From: Kudoa neothunni
Taxonomy: Eukaryota; Animalia; Cnidaria
Direction of reading: 5' to 3'
Length of the DNA stretch: 64,000 nt
Assembly: GCA_964304625.1 (NCBI GenBank)
Contig: OZ199838.1
Coordinates: forward strand, 3,856,705 to 3,920,704
Each line of letters starts with the position of its first letter. Position 1 is the first letter of the stretch. Below, piece after piece: positions 24,355 to 36,125 of this stretch. The position numbers were made by a program, and so were the translations under genes. The notes beneath the pieces are model-generated. The model was given only the letters and a program-made list of their open reading frames with translations. It did no database searches and had not been told where the DNA came from.

Positions 24355-27300
24355 TTATGTATCGTGATGGTTATGTCTTTCGTTCATCGAAGGAAGTATA
24401 TTTTTGTAAGGTGATAAACGAGGCGTGGCATCATTCGCCAAAGGTGGTAGGGTTTTAAATTGATCGTTGGTTTCTTCGTCGTCACTTTGTTTTACAAAAA
24501 TTTTGAAGGTTGGTTTATAGTTATCATGAATATCCTGGTTGCTAAAGTGGATTATTTCATCGGTGTTCCCTATCAATCCTTTCACAATATTTTTCACATT
24601 AATGTCGTTGAATTGTTGTAGACTTGGAGGGTAACTACCGCTCAAATTATTCTCTTGGTGTTTATCAAATCCACCGATAGTGTCCAACAATGTAATTTGT
24701 GACGATCGTTTGGGTGGGTTTTTGTGTTTAAATCTGAAGTAACGGAAGCTGAAATGTTTGTAAATTAGCAGACACAGCCAAATCCAAAGGCCCGCGAAAA
24801 TCGCAAATAGTACAACTATGTACATCAAATTACGACCATTAAACGTGAGTTGTAGATGACCACAGTATGTGCCAGGATTTCCAAGGCAGCCGCAATAATC
24901 GTCATGACTACCAACACACATGGATTTGCCAACACAAATCAATTTATTTTGTTTGCACGAACAGTCAACAGTAGCGTTGAATTTGGTAATGTTTGTTGTG
25001 ATATCACTCACGGTAATTCTATTAAGAGAGATGGAAGCATAGCATGCTAGAATCAAACAACCGATAATTATATTTTGGATGAAAAATAAATTACTTGAAA
25101 AGGTAGAAGATCTATTATGCTTTAAATGGTGAGGAGAATTGCTAGGAGCGTTTCCAATAAATATTCTACGATTTGTCGAAAGTAGATTGTTGATTCCACA
25201 ATGACGGCTAACTTCACCCAGGTAGGGTATTTTGATTGAGATAACATTCCGGTATCTCTTAGCCACTATCTTAATAAAACCATTCTTCAACGGAAGAAAA
25301 TTTGATTGATCTTTGAGATGTTCCTGTTTATAAACGTTATTTTTTAATGTAATATTAATATTTTTATTTTGGAAATCATGAGCTAATGACGAGAGATAAT
25401 TTCTAAAATCGACAGGGAATTGAACCAAACATTCTTTATCTCCCAGATTATTTGCAAATTCAATAAAGCCATTTCTTGCTCTAACGATGCTATATTCGGT
25501 GAATTCGTCATTCGACTCATATACAAAGATATGATCGTACGACTTGGGTTGTCCGTCGGCCGCCATAAATGAAAACACTGGAGAAAACTCAACATAAAAA
25601 GAATAATGTGAGCTTTCCACTTCTCTAAGTGTCGAAATGTTAGACAAAAACGATTGATCGACCATAATATATCCGGATTGTTTAACGCTGTACGAATTCA
25701 TTCTTACATTACAGGTTTCTCCAGTCCATCCATCGTAACATTGACAAGTGTAAGCAAGTTTAGATGAACGATTGCAATAACCATTTTTGCATCGTGGACA
25801 ACTTTTTATTCCAAACAAACACACATTCAGCGATGTATGAGGGGGTTGTGGTCGTAGAAATGAATTAAAATCCATAGCAACACCATTGATAGCCATATTG
25901 CTTATACAACCAGAAAACTTCGAACCTAGTAGCAGTTTAAGTGAGCCATTGTGTACATTATGTTCCGAGAGTAACATGTCAGAAACTCCACAAAAACTGT
26001 AATTGAAATGGGTTTTTTGGTATGGTTTTTCCACATGAACATTACTTTCGCAATTGTCCAATTTGACGCTGATATTTTTGTTTCGTTTGATAATTTTCAC
26101 ATGATGTATTCGTCCGTCGTTCAATGTTGAACCAACAACCAATGAAGTCATATTAGTGAATATATTTTCGTAGGTGGTTTGTAGCCGGTTGTCTTGGTTA
26201 TTGTAAAATAACAGTTCCACAACAAGACTCCCGTCCATTAGTTTAACAGCAAAATGGAAATGTTGTAGAATGTCACTGTGAGAGGAGTTTTGAAGGAGTA
26301 GCACCCCATCAGCCAATGATGTGACAAACGAGAATGATATTTCGGTATTCACATTGAAAGTAATTGGATTGTAGATTAGTGGCTGTTGAGATTTGTTTGA
26401 AAAGCTGACTTCGGTTGATTCACAATGTTTTCCCCTAAAGCCGCCAGGACATAGACACATCAAATTATCAAAATTATTGTATTTGTTGCCTAGCAGCTGC
26501 AAACGGTGGGTGGCTTCAAAACCACCATTCAAACACACGTTCGGCGACCATTCACCTCCATTAGCTATTCCATCGGAAGAACACACCGAATCTCGATCTA
26601 GTTTGGGGAAAATGTAATAGTTGTTTGAATTTCTATGTTCAGACAAAAAGTATGTAACAATACTATTGTCGAAATTGATAGTGGTTTCAGTTACACAATT
26701 TCCAAGTTGGCATGAGTGGGCGACACATTCGTTATCATCGAATGATACAACATTTGCTGAGAGTCGTTGTTCTATATGAGATTGGCAGTTTTCCAAGTGA
26801 TCGCGTAAAACGGCCGCTTTAATTGATATATTTGAGCGTTGATCGACTGCACCAATATGCATATAGACGAGTTGACGACTATAATACAATTGGTGTCCGA
26901 GTGAGAGAATGAAAACTTTAACATGCGAGTTAGCACTGAAGCATTTTGATTGGGTAACTGTGATAAAATCTTGAGGTTTGAAGAATATATTTGATGAGGT
27001 GTAAAGCAAACCAAACTCATTGGATCGCAGCACAACCACAATATGATTTTCTCGGCGATAAAACTTTTCATTTCTTTTAAAAACATTCACATTAAATACT
27101 ATGCGTTCTTTTGTTTTCGATAATTTATGTGTTCGCCAAACTGATACTTTATAGACGCCTGGAGGGGTGATTGTTGATACAGCGAAAAGCGATTTCTCAA
27201 TTTTATTGACGAAATAAGAATGAAACCGGTTGTTCAACTTTAAGTCTTCACCAATCAGTGTAAAGTTATTGGTAATGGTAATTTGAAGAGAGCAACGACA

Positions 27301-30300
27301 GCTCTCCTCTATCGAGAAAGACCGGCAACTCTTTTGGGCTGCCACCACTAAGAGAGGGGATAAAAATGAAAAAAGTTGAATTGTTCCGACGCTGAAGAAG
27401 ATTGTTTTCTGGCGTTTAAGTATCTTGGATTAAGTGGTTCCGTATTTAATTGGTTGGTGGAAGAATTTTGTTTTAAAACGATCATACCAAGTGTGTATTG
27501 TTGGGGAAATAATAATTGTTCAGATGTGGAATCATTCAACTGCATGTAACCAATAATGACATTGAAAGATATCAGCTTTTTATTCAATGCAGCTTTCCAT
27601 AAACTTTGTATTACCACTTCGGCCTCTCCTGGTCGATCAACTGATCGAACAATACGAATAAAGCTTTTCAGTTTAGGGTCCACTCGAATGACGATATATT
27701 TGCAATCTAGTAGATCGGGGCTGAAAAATTGAACCTTTTCGGCAGTTTGTGGGAATGCATCATGAACAATAATTTGACCAATCGACGAATTCAGTAGAGG
27801 CGATGTGGTAGGTACGTTAAGCACATTGATTGTTACCGACTCGGGGAGTGTTCTGTCAACAACAATCATATCATCCATGCGGTAGATTTCAAGCGACAAA
27901 GTCCATCGATTAACGTAATGTGGAATTGGAAGCTGTCTATGCAGGAAAATAGCAACGTTGGTCAAATTAGGATGTAGGTGAGCGTGGAAATAATTTGCTT
28001 CGTCAACCCCCATAATCCTTACCGCTAGTTTGTGACCAGCATATGTTCGCACTTTGCTTCTATCGAGGGGAATCAGACCAATGATGGAATTTGATTTAAT
28101 TGGGTCATGCTCAATCAATTCGAACACTTTGCTAGCAAATACAGATAGAGGAACTGAGGGATGAGTTTTTTCTATCGTAAATTCACGCTTGTCATGTAAA
28201 AATCTTATTTGATTGAAATCATCCTTTAGCAACTCTACAGTCAGTAAAGATCTCAACGAAGGATCTCTTTTGTTGAAATAGAGGGTTGGTGATAGGAAAT
28301 ATGCAAAGTTGAATTTATTTTCGCCGTAAGGTAGCTTTTTTAGATATGTGTACAACTCTTGTGAGAGGATTTAGATAAAAATAGTTACTTGACTCAACCA
28401 TTAGATCAGCAACCACATAACAACCATCATGAGTTGCTGGTAGACGAGCAATAGCAGTCCCCGGCAGGTTGAAGGATGAGCTAATTTGGATGGACATGGA
28501 ACTCAACAATTCTTTATTGCATTTGTTAGAATATCCACTTGTCAATTCAGCAACTAATTTATAGGTTTCTACCACATAATGACGAAGCTGGTCTACCAAT
28601 ATTATGCTTAAATTATAGTGTTTTCGGGTCGATTGAAGCAAGATCTTGTTTGGAATGTACAGCACCAGTTGTAGAATTGATTGAGAAGGGACATGGGTTA
28701 ATAGAGCATTCTAACATAAAGCACAAACCACTTTTATTTCTAACGTCTAACGGTTCTACATAGGTTATGGGTGTGATCTTTTGGTAGATTGTGAGGAATG
28801 GTGATTATCTCTTCCAATTTATTGAAGAAGTACGGTTGGTACGAAATACCATCGACGTGTGCGAGAATATTATGTTGAATTGAATTTTTAGAATGTTTGG
28901 GGCTGTAAAGACGGCGGAAATCAAAAACCAATCGATTATACGCTTTTTTACGACCATTTTTTTCAACCGCGGCAATAAAATAGGCTGAAGTTGTTCGGCC
29001 ATCTAGTAATTTGAAAAGGGTTTGTATGTCGCAAATAAGATATAGATTATTTGATTGTTTTCCAACACCAAAAGTCATACAATCCGCCAGTTCATTGAAA
29101 TAGCCGTCCAACTTTATGTTTTGTTTATTGCAACCATTCAAAATGTGAACAGTTGTGAGAAGTTTGTTAACTTTAAAACTAGGATGAATAGTCACAAAAA
29201 TAGGACTAAAATTGAATTTGGCACATTTGAGCAGACTGACAACACTCACTTCTACCAATTGTAGTATCGTAGAGTCAACAATGTCACCCTTTGGATTTCG
29301 AAGGTCCACAGCATATATCTGGTCGTTTAGTTTCTCTCCACGAAGCAACTCATTATCCACTGTTTTGTATAAGGCGCCGTTCGGTGAAAGTTGGACCAAC
29401 GGACGATATTCACTATGCATTCATTAGTGGAATCAATTCACTTGTATATAGAATTGAGTCGTGAATGTTAGAGGATACGTTTAATGGTAACGATGCAGCG
29501 TTGTTGACGGTGAATTTTTTAAGTTGGCTTCCAGTTGCAAACTGTGCCAGCTCATCGTATGTAATTGTGACATCTCGCTCAGCATATGTCAGCGAATAAT
29601 CACCCCAGAGATGAGTAATTATAACACTGACGGGAATGATGATGGTTGGTCGTGAGCTGATAGAGTTATCAGTAACCAACAGCTCCAAATCTATCATAGA
29701 TGGGTAGTTGTATTCAAACCACGAAGGATCCAGCCGTTTTAACAAATATATTTCACCAGCCGAATTCACCGAGAACACTTCGCCAAAAGGTTAAAATTCT
29801 TATTAACTTTCAACAAATAACTAAGTTGTTTTGAATCAAAAGTTTCCAATTCAATCTTTCCAATAATTCCAGGGAATTGGTTGATCGGCACAACTAATGT
29901 GAAGGATGATTTTGAGGTAGATATGGGTTGATAGCTGAAACTAAGATGTAATTTTTTGGAACTTGAATACTTATCAAATATAGATTCATGTGCCATATTG
30001 AGCATAATGGTCTTTTGTATATTTGTAGCATTGTTGACATAGTTGCTAATGTTACCGACAATCACCAAAGATTTTGCCTCTGGATCGATATCAATGGGTG
30101 GAAGTGAGTTGATGGAAGTATCGAATTTGGTCGAATTATCGCATGAAATGAAGAAATAAGCATCACGAGGATTCTCACTCAAGTCTAGGATTTTATAATT
30201 TAAAGGTGCATTGATAGGTATATTTAGGTGTTGAGTTTGAACGATAATTTCCGGTGCATAGTTCATCTTGTCAACAATTATGTTCAATTTGTGGTGTATA

Positions 30301-33300
30301 ACACAACTATTTTGACAGATTTTAGATCGAGGAGAATCGCCCGATTTGAACAGCACTTCTTTAACAATCAATGAAAGTCTCTGAATCACTGAATAACTGA
30401 AAGCCTTTAACATGTACACACAACCATCATTAACATCCACAGTGACGTATTGTTGTTGAGTGGGGAGAACTATGCTAAAAACTGAACCATATGAACGTTT
30501 CTGTATGCAGATGATAGGAGTGGTTTGGTAGAGTCCATCGTCAACATTGGCTACTCCGTAGTTGTCAATGTCGGAGTCATAATAGGGGAAATAATTGTGC
30601 ACGATCAAATCAACACTTGAGCATGCCTTTCTTAGTAGGACTCGGTCGGCATAATGTCGAAGGTAATGTGGTTTAAAGTCAACATTTAGTTTTTCGATGA
30701 AATTGGTGACGTTATTCAACATGAGATATCGGCGCGGAGCAACCACACAATGAGTTCCGCCATTTGGATGAGCGGAGAAATAAGGGTTCTCACCATACAC
30801 ACTACAAATATACACATCTTCGAATATCTCGGACACATCAAATCGGTCCAGCAACGGCAATGATATTGGTTGGTTGTTTTCAACAAAAATTGTATGATTA
30901 CCACTACAGTTAACGAAATAAGGAGCTGATGATGCCGGTTTTATAATCAGTAGATTTAACGTAAGTGGAACACATTTCTTTTGACAAACCGTAATTTCCA
31001 AATTCAAAAAACGTTTAAAATGTTCGATCGAAGTGTAGATGGTAGGGGACAAGTACAACTCAAGATTTAACAATAGAGCATTATCACATATTGTTTGGTC
31101 GGATAAACCAAGCAAGTTAGTGCTCAAAACATGACAGTGGTAATTGTGAATGCCTTTACTCAATGCAGGAATTCGACCCACATACAAGCCATAAGGAGTT
31201 ACATCAGTGTGCGTCTTATCTCCAATCAACACAGTGTAACTGTATACTAGTTGGGTATCAACATCAACGTTGGGATTCGTCTGAAGAGTGTTCGGATTGA
31301 GTTGTATGATTTGGGTGGCAGAAGTAACATTATCTCCATTTGGCGACAGCAATGTAGCTCGTAGCGCCAACTTTACAACATCCACAAGTGTATAATTGAT
31401 AGCGGCAGTAATATGACCATTTGTCGAGTTGATATTCAGCCACATTGATGATAGATCAGAGTTGTCTAACGGTTCAGGAGTCCAATAAAATTTATATCCC
31501 ACACTAGTTCGTCCATCACTCAGTCTGGGATTGTAGATAAATTGGTTTTCATTCACAGGTGAATCCACATACACATTTATCACAGGGAGATCTGAAATCT
31601 TGATGTCGTAGTTGATGTTGACAATCTGAATTGAAATACGACCAAAAACATAATTGTTGGTAGCTGGGTCCAGAATTTGATAAGTGAAGTATTCGGTGAT
31701 GGGAAATAGAAGATCCGGCAGTTTGTGTATGTAGACAACTCCAGAATGGGTTCCCAAAGTCAGCACATCGTTGAAATCCGTTCTCGAACTACTCACAAGA
31801 GAATATTGGAGGTTGAGTTGATCGTCATTTACACATGATAATTTCGGTTTAATTTTTGTAATATTGTTGTTGCTCACAAAGTACAGATCATCATTGAAAT
31901 TGGTACATTCCAGAGAGGGTCGTTTGGAAGACTTTAATTCAACCACAATATTTTGTATTCTGTACACTGAGCCACTCACTTTATAGACGTAGATTGAATC
32001 AGCCGAAGTGAAACGTTGAGGGTTAATTAAGTGGCCGGGAGAATTTCTCGCAGCATCAATCGGATATATATTATTAAACCCGTAAGGATCTGCACACATA
32101 AAATTGCGTTGTCCATACAGTGGATTTTGAAACAATCTTCCAATAGTGTGTTGAGGTTTCTGATTGTAGATTTTTCGAGGGACATATTGTATAGGTTGGG
32201 CATCCAAATTGAATTCAATATTCATGTTGGCGATCTCTGATTTATATTGATCAGATAAATGTGACTCCAATGAACTGTCTTCAAGCTGACTTCGAACAAT
32301 AATAATTGAGAAATTTTTGAGAGCATACAACGAAGGGTTGTCTTCATTTTCGGCTTTTATTGTCAGCACCATAACTTGGTCGAATAATGTGAAATCGTTT
32401 GTGACCGATATTATACCAAGAGTGGGATGAATAAATATTGACACTCTTGAGTTGGTGAATTTGTAGCGGATTTTTCTGAATTTGTACTCAATATCTCCAT
32501 CGTAAGCTTGAAAATGTGCAAAATATTGGCGTGAATAACCGAGACCTTGTATAATCAAAAATGCGGGATCTTCGTCTGGAAATATTGGAACATTGTCATT
32601 CTCATCAATCACCTTAATATGTACAACATTCTCCAAATAAACACTATCGAAGGTATTGTTATCAACTATTTGTTTCCATCGATACCGGATATTGTATGAT
32701 TGGACGGATTCGAAATCAATTTTATGAATGAGTGTTATGGTTTCGTTTTGGACAATTTTGAAATGATTCAACCAATTTCCTCCCACAATATCCACCATTG
32801 CATTGATATGACCATGGTTTGAGGGCTTAAATGAAGCTATTGTGTAACCAGTACCAACAGGAGAGCTTTCGCTGAGACTGATTTCTATTGGTTTGATGGA
32901 ACCGAACAGCGGCTTGTATGAGAGTGGTAAAACAATCACCTTAATAGAAACAACAGATTGTAATCCAGCAGAGTTGGTAGCTGAAATCAACACCTCTTCT
33001 TCAAATCCAACGGCCAACATTGATTTTATACAACTAACCAATCCTGTTTCTCTTTCAACATTGAACAACGTATGGAGATGATCTATGGAACAATTTCTTG
33101 ACGAATCACAATCAGAAAATGACTCCAATTTGTAGAAGATTTGGTCAGTGTCTTGATAGAAATTGAAAGCCTTTACTCGACCGACCGCATCCCCACTTTT
33201 GATCATATCAAAGTGTTGGAACAAATAGTCATTCTGTTCAAAAACCACCTTGTTATCGGTCAATAAAAGTTTCACATTCACTAATGATTGAGCAGGAAAC

Positions 33301-36125
33301 ATGACATTTCTTTTGTTGTCATACAACTCGATCAGAAAAGAATTCTGTTTGGCCAATATATTTTTAACATCAGTGTAAGTGAGCGACCGCAGTAGGTAGA
33401 GATAACAGGCTTTACTCTCTCGATCAAATCTTAGCGAAAATAGTGATGCGAAAGTGAAAGAGATATCACGGCCAAATCGGCAAGAAATATGATAAAGTCT
33501 TTCACCCGGCAAAACCACGTCGAAAACAGCCACAATCGTTCCAGCGGACGCATCCTTTATTAGGACGATATTGTGAACAAACTTGTGGAACAGCGGTGTC
33601 TCATCGAATGACTTTTCCACGAATATATCCAGTATCATTTCATCATAATGTTTGGTATCCTTTGCACGAATATAAAGTTTAATTGTTTCATTCGAATCAT
33701 AGCTCTTGAGTGAACCCACCAACGACAACACTCCTAATATAAATTTAAAAATTAATTTAACTTAGACAGAAAGATATTTATTTAGGATTAATCAGAAATT
33801 ATTTTATAAATGAAAAATAAAATGATAACGAGTGAATGCAAAAAGAAATAAATTATTACCTGTGGTTGGATCCAGATGAAATAGATGTTTTGGACCCTTG
33901 TGAATGTAGTAGCTCAATGGAAACTTCCTGGTATCATCCTTGTCATCTGCATGCACACACAAAACTTGGTCAATGTACCCAGAATCCTGTTCTAGGTTAA
34001 TTTCGACGTGTTTTCTAGGAAACACAGGCGGATTATCGTCCTCATCATCAATATTAATGACGACTACTGTTTCAACTGAGTGATTATTTTGAGGGTTAAA
34101 CGCACTGATACCAAATTTAAGTTGTGGTACAAGTTCTCTATCAACATTTTTCAACAGTGTGATAACACCAGAGTTTCTCTCTAACGCAATATAACTGGAT
34201 GTGATAGTGTTATAATTTTTAATATAGTAATAGTAGTTTGAGTTGAGTAGATAACCAATACTGTCGGCAAATCGAATTTTCACAGAACCAACATAACTTG
34301 GTGGTTTTAGACTTTCAGATATGTTGAACACATAAGTGGGTTTGTGAAAGAAAGGATTGTATTTGTTGTGTTTGAGTTGAACATTCAATTTGACAACAGC
34401 AAAACCTTTGTAGGGAATTTCACTGTTGCAAACTTCGTTGACAGCCTCGATCAGAATGTAGTAATCGTTATCGGGATCATAGAGCGGGTATCTGGATGAG
34501 ATATAGTTGGAATTATCGCTCATGTAGAAATTGTCACTTTGGTAACTATCAACCACAGAAATGTTGAGGTATTTCTTGGAAAAACAGGAATCATGGGATG
34601 TGATTTTTTTTCTGTAATCAACCAAATAAGCTGGGCTGTCGTAAAGGAATTCAGTGCTGGAATCGAAGGCAATTCGAGTGTCCAAATTGCCAGTATCCAC
34701 AAGTTGGAAAGGTTTGTTAAATTTGATTTTTGGTAGCGCTCCGAGACAAGTTCGTCCTGCTTGTAATGTGACGTATATATGGGCTGTATAGACCGAATTA
34801 TCAGCATTTATCACCGCAACTACATTATGGACAGCCGAAGGAGAGAAATATTTACTATTTTTTTCATTAATCCCTCGGTAATATACTGCGTTGTCCTTCA
34901 TATATAACAGTTGCTTGGTTTGTTGGTCGGAAAAGGAGATTTTAACACTCAAACTATGATTATAGTGGATCGCTTTGGCAAAATCAGCCCCAGATACCAC
35001 ATAGGAATCATTAGGCAAGTCACTATATAAATTGACCACTTTGTACAACGCTTTTTGAGCATTTATAGTATGTTCTTTCTGTCCAGGAGGTTTGTATATG
35101 GTGATTTTTGACACCGTCGAATAATACAAGTTGACATGTATTGGTTGGGAATGGATATAACAACTCCTATCACGTATAGTCACCTCAAGATAACCTTCAA
35201 TTGGAGTTGTAATTGTTTGTAGAGAATACACTTTCCCGTTGAATACATCAATGTAAAAGTATGGTGATAGGTTCATTGTGTAAACCAACTCACCATCAAA
35301 TCCGGGATCGAAATCATTGACATTCACCTGCCCAACCAACTCTCCTACAGGTGTTTCTAATGGAATTTTCATGTGATTTACATAGTGAGATGTGATATGT
35401 GGCATAAAACGACCACTGGCCAACACATTGATGGTCACATTCAATAGTTGGTAGGTTCCAGTGGGTTTGTGTGACAAAATCAATGTAACATATTCACGGC
35501 ATGAATATTGCTCTTTGCAGTCCTTGTTGTGTAAATATTTACGCGTGTAAATGTAAACTCGGTGGAGTTTAGGGTCCGTAGTCTTAACGATAGTAAAGTT
35601 GTAATTGTTGGACATGATTTTGTCGGTAAATCTGATTTGAGGGGTGCATTCATTTCCAGATTTAAATATCAAATGATCAAGCCCCAACACAACACTTCCA
35701 ACAGGAGATTTCGCCATTATCCATCCGCTACTAATCAGTTTCGGCAGAAAAAACGGCGAACAACTATCCGTCGGTTTTGACAAAGTTACATTCAATACTT
35801 CAACCACACTCTTGATAGAATTTTTCCTTGAAGTATGCAAAACCGGGATCAAATGATTTCGGCCATAATTTTTGTAGATGTGATGTAGATTTTGAATCAC
35901 AATCACTTCATCGTCAACAATCTGCCAAATAGTGGAAGAAAGATCCTTTGGATCGAATTCATAATTGCAAGATGTAAAATAACACCGAAATCGATGTATC
36001 GAGTAGCCGATAGGCTTATTAATATCCACATTGATATTAGAATATTTGATTTGAAAGTGTTGGTCATTTTCTACTCCTTTCATATGAAAAAATATAACCA
36101 CCAACAGCCAAATAAATATCATCAT
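24355..36125 (-). CDS. Giant classical-type cadherin (about 25 cadherin repeats, EGF-LamG-EGF-LamG-EGF, TM, short tail), about 3,800 aa; five frame breaks at 28.3-29.8 kb
   Basis: Signal peptide MMIFIWLLVVIFF; cadherin motifs (DFDPGFDGELVY, VDRELVPQ, DDEDDNPPVF, IDFESVQSY, DENDNVPIF); EGF motifs CLCPGGFRGKHCE and CQCYDGWTGETC; LamG motif FSGCISNMAING; TM helix IVVLFAIFAGLWIWLCLLI. Introns at 33734-33859, 27348-27487 and probably 25047-25094. Confidence 0.88.

Noticed and set aside
28315-28323. Euplotes-type AAA-TAA +1 frameshift motif at the end of ORF 28315-28665
   Set aside because: Cadherin consensus is better restored by a shift at the upstream A6 run (KKLPYGE), and the other breaks lack AAA-stop.
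29413-29821. Introns as the explanation for the first two frame breaks (44-nt GTTATT..GCGAAG; 79-nt GTTACC..GCATAG)
   Set aside because: Both restore frame and cannot be excluded, but each would delete the conserved Y-containing strand of a cadherin repeat. They do not explain the other three breaks.
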